Assembly (NCBI RefSeq): GCF_009914755.1
Contig: NC_060925.1
Strand: one strand, 5' to 3'
Length of the DNA: 64,000 bases
DNA from: the human T2T-CHM13v2.0 reference genome, Homo sapiens
Shown here: positions 29,160 through 42,323 of the stretch, piece after piece
Position numbering within the stretch: the stretch's first letter is position 1
Layout: the number at the start of each line of letters is the position of its first letter
Translations under genes and position numbers: made by a program
Notes under the pieces: model-generated
Databases searched by the model: none
What the model saw: only the letters and a program-made list of their open reading frames with translations
Told to the model about the DNA's origin: nothing

Positions 29160-29992
29160 ATTAATCCCCATTAATCATCAACATCATCTGCTCCTGACAT
29201 CCAACCATCAATATCCTCATGGCCCAAGGACCCAGAATCACCCAGGGCAGATGATCCTTCTTCTGACTGAGCATCAGAAAGTCAACTGTAGCCTAACACA
29301 ACATCACAATGCCTACATCATTCACCTCATTTTATCTCATCACAGAGGTATCTCACATCAGCACAAGAAGAAAGGTGAGTGCAGTACAATAAGGTATTTT
29401 GAGAGAGAGAGAGCACATTCACTTAACTTTTACTACAGTATATTGTTATACATGCTCTATTTATTATTTGTTATTGTCCTTAATCTTTTACTGTGTCTAA
29501 TTTATAAATTAAACTTTATTGTATGTATGTAATATGGTTTGACTGTGTCCCCACCCAAATCTCATCTTGAATCGTAGCTCCCATAATCCCCATGTGTCAT
29601 GGACAGAGCTGGTGGGAGGTAATTGAATCATGGGGGCGGGTTTTTCCCATGCTGTTCTGGTGATAGCCAGTAAGTCTCATGAGAGACTTATAAAGGGCAC
29701 ATCCCCTTCACAAGCTCTCTTGCCTGCCACCATGTCAGACACGGCTTTGCTCCTTTGCCTTCCACCATGATTGTGAGCCCTCCCCAGCCATGTGGGACTG
29801 TGAGTCCATTAAACCTCTTTTTCTTTATAAATTACCCAGTCTTGGGTATTTCTTTATAGCAGTATGAAAATGGACTAATACAGAATATATGTATAGAAAA
29901 ATGTATTGTGTATATAAGATTTGGAACTGCCCACAGTTTTGGGCACCCTCTGGGGTCTTGAGATGGATCCTCCATGGATAAGGGGGGCAATT
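29160..29992. mobile_element. Tigger7/MER44-like DNA transposon split by THE1
   Basis: cacaagaagaaaggtgagtgcagtacaataag and ctaatttataaattaaactttat motifs; end ccatggataagggggg. Confidence 0.75.
29530..29882 (+). mobile_element. THE1 (C/D-like) solo LTR
   Basis: atatggtttgactgtgtccccacccaaatctcatcttgaat ... aatggactaataca. Confidence 0.9.
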
Positions 29993-30303
29993 ATATGTAC
30001 CTAATACCATAGGTACTATATGTGCCTAATACCATAGGTCATAATACATAAGCAAAATTTGGAAAAAACAATTAAAAGAGAAACACACAAATACAAAATC
30101 ATACTGGGAGACTTTTAACACTTTTTTGGGAATTGATAGAATACTCTGACTAAAAAGTAGTTCATATGTAGCCTATTTGAATAAGCTGATCTTTAAAATC
30201 TGACCTAAGAGACATATAGAATTCTGCAATCAAGAGAAAACATAGTCTTTGCAAACACATAAATTGTAAACTAAATCTCCATAAACAACAAAGGATTAAT
30301 ATA

Positions 30304-30521
30304 CCACCTCCCGGGTTCAAGCGATTATCCTGCATCAGCCTCCTGAGTAGCTGGGATTACAGGCACGTGCCACCACACCCAGCTAATTTTTTTGTATTAC
30401 TAGTAGAGACGGGGTTTCGCCATGTTGGTCAGGCTGGCCTCGAACTCCTGACCTCAGGTGATCCACCTGCTTCAGCCTCCCAAAGTGCCAGGATTACAGG
30501 CATGAGCCACAGCACCTAGCC
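30304..30521 (-). mobile_element. AluS, 3'-truncated
   Basis: Minus-strand Alu lacking the end of the right arm. Confidence 0.9.
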
Positions 30522-30886
30522 TAGAAATCAATTTTTAAAAATAACTATGAAAATTTTATATGTCTAGAAATCAAGAAATGCACTAATAAATAACTTGTTA
30601 ATGATAGAATAAGCCATAATAGAAATTAGAATAGATGTGGACTAGATATATAATAAAAATACTTCATATCAAAACATGCTAGGTCCATCTATATAAAGCC
30701 ATAAAGAATGATATTAGAATAGAAGAAAGTCTGAAAATTAATTAGAAAATAATTTATCTTAGGAAAGCAGAGAAAGAATAATAGAATAAATATAAAATAA
30801 GCTTATGTAAGATATTAAAATATGAAATAAGAAATTAAAAATTAGAAAATAAGCATATGGGAACTCAACAAAGCTGAAAATGCCAG

Positions 30887-31280
30887 TGATATGGTTTGGC
30901 TTTCTGTCCCCACCCAAATCTCATGTTGAATTGTGATTCTGAGTGTTGGAGGTGGGGCCTGATGAAAGGTGATTGGATCATGAGGGTGGTTTCTAATGGT
31001 CTAGCATCATCTCCCTAGTGCTGTCTCATGATAGAGTTCTCACAAGATCTGGTTGTTTGAAAGTGTGTAGCCCCTCCCCCTTCATGCTGTCTCTCCTGTC
31101 GCTGTGTGAAGATGTGCTTGCTTCCCCTTCACCTTCTGCCATGATTGTAAGTTTCCTGAGGCTTCCCAAGCCATGCCTCCTGTACAGCCTGTGGAACTTT
31201 GAGTCAATTAAACCTCTTTTCTTTATAAACTTTCCAGTCTCAGGTAGTTCTTTATAACAATGTGAGAACAGACTAATACA
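30887..31280 (+). mobile_element. MST (MSTA/B-like) solo LTR
   Basis: tgatatggtttggc ... gaacagactaataca. Confidence 0.9.
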
Positions 31281-31423
31281 GTTGGTTTTTAAATATGTCT
31301 AATAGAACTGGTCATTTTTGGCAAGGTTCATGTAGGAGATGGAAAAAGTACAAATAAAAAATATTAAGGATAAAATTATGATATGAAAACTAATAAGAAA
31401 ATAGTATGAATATATTCATTGCA

Positions 31424-31788
<365 letters not shown>

Positions 31789-32388
31789 TTAAGAAGCAAT
31801 AATTCCAAGTTTAAAATATATCAAACTTTGGAAAAAGATAAAATGCCTGCAAATTTATTTGAGGAGACTAGCACGACCTTAATTGCAACATCTGTATCAA
31901 ACAGTATAAAGAAGGTTACAGCCCCATCTTTTTTTTTTAAATCCTAAACAAAATATTAATAAACTTAATCCAGCATGATTTAAAATTACAATAAACCACA
32001 AACAACTTGGACTTATCTCAGAAATGCAAGGTGGATTCAGTATTGAGAAATTACCTAAGGCGTTTTACCACATTCATAGACTAAAAGAGAACAATCATAT
32101 GATTATTCCACCAGACGCAGAAAAAAACTTTTTGATAACTTCTAACATCAAGTCATGACAAAAGTTCATACCAAACTTAGAAAATCCAGGAACTTCTTTA
32201 ATTTGGTAGAGAGTAACTTAAAAAAATATTATAGCAAATTTTATTCTTAATGGTGAAGAAATAGATCATGATGTTCACTGTTCCACTTGTATTTCTAACT
32301 TTATAAGTAAGAAGTTTGGTCAGTTCAATAAGGCACGAAAAATAAAGACATAAAAATTGGAATGAAAGAAACAAAAATGTTGCTGTGT

Positions 32389-33066
32389 TGTAGTTACCCT
32401 GCAGAGAGGCCATGAGCTCCCTATTGAAAATGTGGTTGAGATTCACAATGGGGATGGATAGCACCATGCCTGTACACATAGGGTATGGGAGGCTTATTCC
32501 TCACTTATCGAGGCTTTCTGGGGAGAGCAGAGCCTGGGCTTGTTTATTTATTTATTTTTGAGACAGGGTCTCACACTGTTGCCCTTGCTAGAATGCAGTG
32601 GTATGATCACAGCTCACTGTAGCCTCAACTCCCTGGGCTCAAATGATCCTCCCACTTTGGCCTCTCAAGTAACTGGGACTACAGGCACGCACCACCACAC
32701 CTGGCTAATGTGTTTTTTGTAGAGACCAGCTCTCACTATGTTGCCCAGGCTGGTCTCAAACTCCTGGGCTCAAGTAATTCTCCCGCCTCAGCCTCCCAAA
32801 ATGCTGGGATTACAGGCATTAGCCACTGCGCCCTGCCTTGACCTGGGGTTTTTATTGTAGTTATGTGATAAAACTAATCTGAACATTGATATAGGTGGGG
32901 CTGGGGGCCTAGTGGCTTGAACTTCACAGCTGGTGACAAAGGATAGAGCACCCAGGGCTTTTTATCAGCTTGCTTGGATCTCAGACATAGGGTAGAAGAG
33001 GAAGTCAGAGAGGTACTGTTAAATCTGGGAGCAAACATCAAAAATAGAGCCAGACTCTTTATGACA
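32389..33066. mobile_element. LTR-like element (family uncertain) containing an AluJ
   Basis: GC-richer block with TG...CA termini interrupting the L1; flanks gtgt / gtat. Confidence 0.45.
32540..32838 (-). mobile_element. AluJ
   Basis: Minus-strand Alu with gatcacagctcactgtagcctcaactcc. Confidence 0.92.
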
Positions 33067-33866
33067 GTATTGACAAAGAAGGCTGAAATTGAAAATTGAA
33101 GCAATGCACAGATTAAATACCCAAATTACCAGAAGAAATTAGTAAAAATTTCTAGATATAAAATCTATAGGCAAATTCTATTGTATTTCTAAATTTCTAT
33201 CAGAAATTTAGATTCAAAAAGATATTTGCAACAGCATCCAAAATATAAACTACCTAGAAATAAACCTAACAAAATTATAAAATTTTTTCAGAGAGAAAAA
33301 TTATAGAATTTTAATAAAAGATATTTTTTACAGATTGAATAACCACCTCTCAGTTTTGCCCAAATTAAACTCTATTCAAAACTCTTCCAAGGTTTTTTAT
33401 GGAACATAGAAAGATGAATGTTAAATTTACAAGGAAGTAAAAATGTCTCCAGATAGTGAAGGTACTCTTAAAGAATAAATAATAAACCTAGCCTTATGTC
33501 AAGACTTATATAAATGTGTATTTATTAAGCCTGAATGAAATTGGTACTTAAACCTCACAGGTTTATTTCTGCCTCACACAACATGACCAGTGAGAAAGTG
33601 GAAGGTGTCCTTCACCACCCCAGTCACTCAGGGACTGGCGCTGACAGTGGATACATCATCCATAATGGATCCCAGCAGCAAGGGAAATATAGCTGGAAGT
33701 GGAGTGCTGGTTCCTCTATTCTTTGGTTAACTGACACAACTTATTTCCACTCACAGCCATTGGCTGAAACTTGTCACAGGGCTGTGCCTAACTGTGAGAG
33801 ACCACAGAATGTGGGAAAGGAGACAGAATTGTTGATCTGCACCATTGGCCCTGGAAAGGCCATTGT

Positions 33867-34166
33867 CTTTTTATCAGCTTGCTCGGATCTCAGACATAGG
33901 GTAGAAGAGGAAGTCAGAGAGGTACTGTTAAATCTGGGAGCAAGCATCAAAAATAGAGCCAGACTCTTTATGACAGTATTGACAAAGAAGGCTGAAATTG
34001 AAAATTGAAGGAATGCACAGATTAAATACCTAAATTACCAGAAGAAATTAGTAAAAATTTCTAGATATAAAATCTATAGGCAAATTCTATTGCATTTCTA
34101 AATTTCTATCAGAAATTTAGGTTTAAAAAGATATTTGCAACAGCATCCAAAATATAAACTACCTAG
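33867..34166 (+). repeat. 300-bp dispersed direct copy of 32958-33257
   Basis: Near-identical by manual alignment, with a handful of substitutions. Confidence 0.96.
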
Positions 34167-34394
34167 TTTATATTTTATATAAATTTATATACCCATAAAT
34201 TGAACATGCTCATAGCCTCTGACAAGTTTAGATCGTGAAGAAACTTGTACCTATGCACTGGAAGCATAGCCAAACCTGTTTTTAATAGCATTGTTTATAA
34301 TAGCAGCAAAATTAAGAACAACCCAGCCCTCCATCAACTGTAGAATGGATAAATAAGTTGTAGATTGTCACAGTGAAATACTCATGTAGAGTGA

Positions 34395-34610
34395 TAGCTT
34401 GAGCCAGTTCATCCTGTCTTGCAAGAGCCAATTGTGTACCTCTCTTCCCAACTCTGCTTAAAGTGGCTTTATAATGTGGCTTGAAATCAGCTGTGCTGGA
34501 GGTATTTACACCATGGAAATGGGTAAACAGTACAAATCAGAGCTTTGGTTACCTAGAGAGCCAGTTGTTAAATGAAGTAGCTGGAACTACAGGCACTTGC
34601 CACCTACCAT
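34395..34610. mobile_element. MER63-like hAT relic
   Basis: gcttgaaatcagc...gtatttacaccatggaaatggg...gagagccagttgttaaa. Confidence 0.6.
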
Positions 34611-36134
34611 TGAGTGTGTAATAGTAAGAATGATAAACTACAGCCATGTGCATCAATATGGACAAGTCTTTATGCAAAGTAAAAGAATAAATTCATAGAA
34701 GCATACACAGAGTATTAGTCTACTTGTATACATACAGTTTCAAAACTGACAAAAATAAATACAGGAATAACTAAGTAATACATATGTATATATACATCGA
34801 ACCAAGGGAAAGGTAAACAGAAAATTTGGGGTATGGTTATAAAAGGGAGGTGTAAACAGAGGATTGAGACCAGAAAGAACACATTTCAAGGGGCAGAGTC
34901 ATTCATGACTATGAGCTATTTCTTGGCTTCACTGGTGGGTAAATTAATATTCATGTTACATTAGCACTTTTAATCATCCATTCATATTTCATCCACTTTT
35001 TTTGTAGCCATACTACATTTCGCAATTTATAAAATCTTGTCAAATGGTACAATCAAAATCAGCTCTGGAGGGAATAAAGAGCAAAAATGACATTTGGAAA
35101 ATTAAACAAATGATGTGAAGAAAAAATGAGTCAATCTCCTAAAATACAGAGAAAGAAGTCACCAAGGTGAAAATGAGGAGGGAGAAGGTCGTAGATATTG
35201 CAGCCCAGTGGGCAGGCGGAGGGAGTCCAGGGAGGGACAACAGAAGAAGGAAAAAAATCAAGTTAATTATTGTCTTTTCTTAGTGTGCAATGTCCATAGG
35301 GTTTTGAAGGTAAATGTTGTATACTCAAATTCTGTGCCTAACAAATCTGTCTTACATGCATGAAGGTAATTAAAAGAAATTGTGAGAGTTATAAATGCTC
35401 AGGAAATACATGAGTCACATATAATTCATTCTATCAGACCTGCCAGATTAATCCCAGTAGTGAACCCAAGAAAGAGTGACTTTAAAGAACTTTGTTTTCT
35501 TGACACCAAACTCAAAAAGCAAAGTTCGATTATATTTTCACAAGTGCTAGCTAAGTGATTCTTCATCTATTTCTACACTGCCTGAAAATGTCTATTTTAT
35601 AAAATATATTTTATATCACAAGTCAGATGAGCCATTTTCCAAAAATTGATGACATTTAAAAGGTGAATATATGAAACACCTATTCTTGTTCTAGTCCTGT
35701 ATTTGCTGAACAGTGGCTTAAATTATCCCTTTTTTTTTATTCTTCAACTGTATTCTACGGGATGCCAGGGTGGCATACAAGCACCTCTGAGGTGCTACAA
35801 ATGAAATTCTGAAGTCTGAAACATTATAAAAACAAAGTGTGTATTGAGATGTATTCAATACTAAGATTGAACTTATTGAAGACACTCCCAGTAGATTATC
35901 TTGGGTAATGAACTTGGGTAAGCTGAGAGTTGATCTGCTCCCCCAACCCTCATTCATTTAAACTTCTAGGTATATCACTGACTGAGCAGTTTGCACCTTG
36001 CAAGTATCCACTTATAATTTGGGCATTTTAATGTACTTTCTCACAACACTGTAGAAACTGGTTAACTTCTGTACACAGTATTATGGTCAATAGAGAATTT
36101 ATGCTTGGTTAGATCCATGTATGACCCTGTAGCG

Positions 36135-36506
36135 TGTCAAAGAAAAAAGTATTCGTTAACACTCGTTAAAGCACAGTAGGGAAGACTTTACTCAGGACCA
36201 TTGTGTTGGTGCGGGGACCACTGCAATGGGGTTTTGCAGTAGAGGAGACAGATTGGGCTCAGTTCTGGGGTAAGGGGAATTCTGACTCAACCAACCTAAC
36301 AGGATTTTTGCTGAAGGCAGGCCAGGGTGGTCACACATCACGTGGGGGATGGTGGAGGATGAGGTATTAATTGAGGGTAATCAGATATTGAGGGTGGGGA
36401 ATTCTGGCTAAACTAACTTAGCAAGGCTCTTTTCTACAACTGGATTTTAAAAGGAGGTACGGTGATGTGCCTGGCTAAATTTTGGCCAAGCAAACAAACT
36501 TTGTCA
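36135..36506 (-). mobile_element. MER31-like solo LTR
   Basis: The reverse complement resembles the 3070-4384 LTR (aggatttttgctgaaggcaggccagggtg; end tttgtca). Confidence 0.75.
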
Positions 36507-38227
36507 ACAGCTATCACTTGGGAAATATCAGGTATCCGGATTGTATACCATTATAGGTGTTTCTGACACTTACTGTAAATCTTACAGGCTCTTTTTTTGA
36601 CTTTTATATTCTCCGGAAGGAGTAGGAGAATAGATAACATTCATAGATTAAACTTTGAAACAAAAAGACGTCTGATGACTCTGCTTTTCAAGCAGCCAAC
36701 AGATCTGTTGCGGAAATCTATATAAATGTGTTATTTGCAATGCTCCTTGCCTTGGAGGGCAGGTGACTCTTCAACTGGATTTCATGTTTGCTCAGGGTAA
36801 ATAGTCATGTTCTAGTGGTGGCCTTTAGTATTAGACAGAGCGTGGGATGCAAAGGCAGAGAATCTAAGGAGCTGAATTATTTCTGCACTAAAGAGAGTGG
36901 GGAGAGAGAGAGAGCCAGAGGGAGAGAGAAAGCTGGGGGAAAGGACAGAAAGAGAGAAACGCTCAGACTAAAAGGCTGGAGAAACCCTGGCAAGGGAGAG
37001 ACAAGAAAGAGAATGAGGGGTGGTCTGCAGGCACAGAGGGCTGTTGAGTGAGCAGGGATGTCTATGTGAGTTTTTCTGTTTTGTTTTTTAAGCAGAGCAA
37101 AACACAGTAAATGTTTATTACTGCAATGTAGCTGGTGGCTTTATGGTGTTGATTTTTAATAAAATAACAAATTTATATTATTATTTATGTAGTAAATTTA
37201 ATAAATTTCAAAGAAGAAGTTAAAATTTATATAATAAATTTAATATCTCAAGAATTAGTGGGAACAGAACGATTAAAGTTAATACCAAGTATGAGATTTG
37301 GGCATTCAGTATGTAGCACGGAATATTGTAATCATATTAGCTGAATTGGCCAACATGACAAAAAATAAATAAAAAATATAGGACAAAGAGATATGTGACC
37401 ATTGACATCATTAGATGAGAGAATCAGGTGCAAAGAGTAAACAAAGGACATTAAGTTTCTTAAAGACGTTCCTACTGTGTGGTTTGCAGCGTGAATCCAC
37501 TTCCTTATTTCTTCAAGAAGGCTTCAGTAAAATATGGACAACCTGCCCATGCTTTGGGGGATAGTTCATTTGGAAAGGGGTGGGTTGGTGGAATGAGGAT
37601 GCGGAAAAACTGTAAATCAGCTTGTGTTCAAGCTGAGATAATGGCAAGAACAAACAGGCATCTGCCCAGCACGACTCGGCCACAATGGAGTTTCACCAAG
37701 GCAACAAGTAATTAGGTGAGACATCCAGATAGTCTCCGCACTGTGCAACAAAAAACCCACAGACCGAAATCACTGAGATGCCGAGATGGACACGGCAGCC
37801 CCACGGAGATAAAATCCCTGATTGTAATTTCGATATTTATTAGAATGTCCTCATCTTTCTCGGTGGTTGAATTTATCCCTAAATATGACTAATTTTAATT
37901 TTTAAAATATTTAAACTGATAAAATATCTCACTTATGGTTTCACACAGAAATTAGTTGGAAATAGGACTCTGCCAATTAACAAAACATGCAAACACAGTT
38001 TTAAGCCAGTGAGTTATAATATTTGGGCACTCTATAAAATGAATAATATTTTTTTCCTTCTAAAAACTGGAGAAACAGGAAGAAACACAATAGCTATTTT
38101 TATCCCCGTGGAACTTTAGAAATCATATTCTGCAAATTTAAATCTCATGTTAAAGGGCCAGAGCCACTGAATTTTCTTGAGACTGATAATGATACAATTA
38201 TACATCTGACACTAAAGCTGCTGTTCA

Positions 38228-39004
38228 TGAGATGGAGCAGGGACCTTTTGTTGGGGTCTGTGGACCCACCCAAGCATGGAAATAAAGGAAAATCTTGAAT
38301 TCCTTCCAGGGACATTCTAGGCACCTGGCTAACCTTCAGAAGTAAATGAGCAAGTTGATAAGTGAGGAGCTAAGAGTAGCTTAAAACAATAGCCAAGGAA
38401 GTCAAGAGAATTTTTGGTTCTCTATAGAAACGAAAGAAACAACCTTCACATCGGTCTCTGAGTTGTTTTTCAGAAACTCAGACTCCCACTAAATGGATTC
38501 GCTAGCCCGTAGACCTCAGATAAGGGGGAACCAAGGACTGAACGCTGACTGGGGTTCTGTGGTCTCAGTTTCTTCCTGTGTGGCTGCACCCGCAGAAGGT
38601 GGAGGCCACACCCATGAGCTTGAGCTAACATTGTTGTCGGCTGATCCCAAATTTTCAGGCAACATTTTACCTCCTCCACCAATTGCAGATCAGAAAATCT
38701 CTGGATCCACCGATGACCTGTCCTCCTCCAATTCAAGATTTGAGATGTCCCGCCTTTTTAGGTCAAACCAATATATAGCTTCCATGTATTGATTTATGAC
38801 TTTGCCTGTAACCTCTGCCTCCCCACCTTTAAAATCCTTACCTGTAAACCCTTAGGGAGTTCAGGTCTTAAACATGAGCTGCCCAGTGCTCCGTTTGGTG
38901 CCCTGCAATAAATGCCTCCCTTTGGCTTTCTCTCGCTGTGATTCCAGTGTCCCTGTTTGGTTTTCTTCCCCTGGGCTAGCAGACCCCAGTTGGGTTTGAT
39001 AACA
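38228..39004 (+). mobile_element. ERV1 solo LTR (MER66-like)
   Basis: Termini tgagatggagcagggacc and gataaca; 4-bp TSD ttca on both sides; aataaa near 38907. Confidence 0.8.
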
Positions 39005-39459
39005 TTCACTCTGTCTATCTCTGTCTACTGCAAAGGCGTTATCTACACTTAAAATCAGGCTACACAGTATCCTTTACTTACATTAACTATCACCATAAAA
39101 GACTGAGAAACTCCGTGAGTTAATTCTTCCAACAGATATTGATTGAGCACCTAGAGCTTGTGGCTGGAGATCAAGAAGAAGTTCAAACTCTCATCTCATG
39201 TGGCTTATGGTCTAGCACCCATGTTCAGACATTAGCCAAATAACCAGACAAATCACTGTTTACTTTTAAACTGAAACAATCCTCTGAAAGAAAGGGTCAC
39301 ACTTCCATAAGGGCTTCAAGAGGTATTTTAGCAGTCATCTCCACTACATGTGGAGACAAGAGCTTTATCATGCAGATGTGTGTTTATCAACCGGTGTGAG
39401 GAAATGAGGAGTCTACAAGTTAAGATTTGCAGGTCCATCCCCAAGATGGGTGAAGGACC

Positions 39460-39706
39460 ATGTCATTCACTGGGTTATGACGATGCTGTTTGCTGGAGGA
39501 ATAGCACTTCCACTCCCTGGGAAGATGACAGTGCCATTTGCTAAATGGGAGCCAGTGATGTTCCCTGGGTGGGTGATGATATCACTCACTGGGTGGATGA
39601 TGACGTCACTCACTGGATGGATGATGTCAGTCACTGGATGGATGGTGATGCCACTCACTGGATGGATGATGTCACTCACTAGATGGATGATGATGTCACT
39701 CACTGA
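39460..39706. repeat. Minisatellite with a 21-24 bp unit (gtcactcactggatggatgatgat)
   Basis: About 6 clear units at 39570-39706 plus degenerate units upstream. Confidence 0.9.
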
Positions 39707-39794
39707 TTTATAAAGCATGGGATAAGGTCTAGATTAAGGAAGAGGTGTTTTTGAGATATATGGGTGAATATTTGGGACAGTCAGCTGGTATCTC

Positions 39795-40015
39795 AGCATA
39801 GTATTGTAGGCATAAGAGTCAGATTGCCTGCTTTTAAATCCTGACTTTACCACTCATTAGTTCTGTCACATTAAACAAGTTACATTATGTCTTTGTGCAT
39901 CGGTGGGTGTCTTTATTTGTATAACACTTTTATCAGTAATAATGCCAACCTTAGGGTAGTCAGGAGGATAAAATGAAATAATACAAAGGAAGTGCCTAGA
40001 AACATGCTTGGCAGG
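39795..40015 (+). mobile_element. MIR
   Basis: gagtcagattgcctg...aaatcctgactttaccactcattag...caagttac. Confidence 0.75.
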
Positions 40016-40155
40016 AAAAAGACCCCAACAAACACAAGTTGTTATTGGGTGTGTGGATCTGAGATACAAAAGGAATGGGCTGGAGACATTGTTGGGGTCT
40101 TTGGAGAATGTGTGGCTGCTGAAGCAATGGTCATAGCAAAGTCAGGAGGAAAATG

Positions 40156-40885
40156 GGAGGGAGAGGCAGAGGAAGAGGAAGAGGGAGAGGAAGAGGGTGA
40201 CACAGAGGGAGAGGCAGAGGGAGAGGAAGAGGGAGAGGAAGGGGGAGAGGCAGAGGGAGAGGAAGGGGGAGAGGCAGAGGGAGAAGAAGAGGGAGAGGAA
40301 TGGGGAGAGGCAGAGGAAGAGGGAGAGGCAGAGGGAGAGGAAGAGGGAGAGGCAGAGGGAGAGGAAGAGGGGGATGCAGAGGGAGAGGAAGAGGGAGAGG
40401 CAGAGGGAGAGGAAGAGGGGGATGCAGAGGGAGAGGAAGAGGGAGAGGAAGAGGGAGAGGCAGCGGGAGAGGCAGCGGGAGATGCAGAGGGAGAGGAAGA
40501 GGGAGAGAAGGAGGAGAGGCAGAGGGAAAGGAAGAGGGAGACACAGAGGCAGAGGAAGAGGGAGAGGAAGAGGGAGAGGCAGAGGGAGAGGAAGAGGGAG
40601 AGGAGGGAGAGGAAGAGGGAGAGGGAGAGGCAGAGGGAGAGAGAGAGGAAGAGGGAGAGGGAGAGGAAGAGGGAGAAGAAGAGGGAGAGGGAGAGGAAGA
40701 GGGAGAGGAAGAGGGAGAGGCACAGGGAGAGGCAGAGGGAGAGGGAGGGAGAGGCAGAGGGAGAGGGAGGGAGAGGGAGAGAGAGAGGAAGAGGGAGAAG
40801 AAGAGGGAGAGGGAGAGGAAGAGGGAGAGGCAGAGGGAGAGGCAGAGGGAGAGGCAGAGGGAGAGGGAGGGAGAGGAAGGAAAGG
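40156..40885. repeat. Polypurine GA-rich tandem repeat of about 730 bp (gagggagaggca / gaggaa hexamer modules)
   Basis: Direct reading; almost exclusively G/A on the plus strand. Confidence 0.97.
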
Positions 40886-40940
40886 GCTAAATGAGGCCTT
40901 AAGGAGCCACCACATTGAGTGACTGGGTAGAAGAATGAGC

Positions 40941-41530
40941 TGTCAAAAAAAAAGTCAAACTCCACAAAATATTTGAAAAGATTCATTCTGAGCCCAATAT
41001 GAGTGACCAGTGGCCCATGACACAGCCCTCGGTAGATCCTGAGTGTGTCCAAGGCGGTGGAGCCACGCTTGGCTTTTACATTGTAGGGAGACATAAGGCA
41101 TCCATCAACACACAGAAGATGTGCATCGGTCCAGTGTGGAAAGGCAGGACAACTGGAAGTGGGAGCTCCCAGGTCGCAGGTGGATTCAAGGATTTTCTGA
41201 TTGATGATTGGTTGGATGAATTATTATCAATAGAAAGGAATGTCTGGATCACAAGAAGGGGTTGTGGAGACGAAGGCTTTATCATGCAGATGAAGCCTCC
41301 AGGCAGCAGGCTTCAGAGAGAATAGATTGTAACTGTTTCCTATCAGACTGAAAGAGGCTATTCTATCAGTAATTCCAAAATGAAGGAGGGTATAATGAGG
41401 TATGCCCAGCTTCCCTTCCCATCATGGCCTGAACTAGTTTTTCAGGTTGACTCTGGAGTGCCCTTGGCCAAGAAGAGGGGTCCATTCAGATGGCTGCAGA
41501 GGGGCCTTAGAATTTTATTTTTGGTTTACA
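40941..41530 (-). mobile_element. MER4-family ERV1 solo LTR
   Basis: The reverse complement begins tgtaaaccaaaaataaaattctaaggcccc...catctgaatggacccc...aactagttcaggccatgatgggaag. Confidence 0.85.
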
Positions 41531-42323
41531 CTGCATGAGAGTGGCAACGAGAGACTGAAAATATGAAGGAAATCCAAAAAAGATGGAAGAGTGGAAGAGC
41601 CAGGGCAAAACGGTGTTCTTCAAAAAAGACAGTGCTCAACCTCAACAGGGTTGCATTGGATGAAAGCCTTGAGGAGACAAGTGTCCACTGGACTTAAGGC
41701 AAAGGAGGTCACTGACAGCTTCAGCAGGAGGTCTCTCTCCTAGGTGAGTAATGGAGCGGATTGGTGTGGGCTGACAGTGGGTGGGAGGCAAGGAGTGGAA
41801 ATGCGGTTCAGATCATCCTTACTGAGAGGCAGAGGGAGAGGAAGGAAAAGAGATAGGAGGCTGGAGGAGGTAGAGGCATCTGCTTGGTGGTCAGGGGAGG
41901 AAGTGAGGGTGTTGGGGGTTTTTCTCGGTATTTATGAGAATTATGGAGATTTTCTTTTTTCATGCTCCTCTGGATTTCCCAAAGTTCCTGCAGTGAGCAT
42001 GTAGTTTTCCTTAATTATAAAACATACCTTTTTAAAAAGCAGTGTACATAATTACGTATAGTCCAGATGACCACAGCCACATAAAATATGACTTGTATCA
42101 ATCATTGGGGACATCAAGTCAGGACATTAGGCTGATATTGACTGGTCTGGCCTCAGATCTTACAAAGTCAGCTTAGAGGTAGGTGAGCTACAGGCATTAG
42201 TGAAGGCATTTGCTGTACTCCCTCAGCCTTTTCCTATTATGGTGGGGAAATGCCATGGCCTTATGAACAGGGACTGTGTCATTCACCTTTGCAGCCCCAG
42301 GACCTACCACTATCCTTGGTGCA

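Noticed and set aside
29992-30039. 25-bp tandem duplication at the Tigger7-like end
   Set aside because: It is real but a common small slippage event, so it was not counted among the templated-insertion scars.
33535-34008. 157-aa ATG-initiated ORF
   Set aside because: It spans an MLT-like fragment and the duplicated block, has no recognisable domain, and is probably a chance ORF.
39460-39706. Possible CRISPR-like array
   Set aside because: The units are contiguous with no unique spacers, there are no cas genes, and the context is primate.
39992-41094. Long ORFs (137-350 aa) on both strands
   Set aside because: They are by-products of a stop-free GA hexamer repeat. All frames are open, and I see no splice or domain context.
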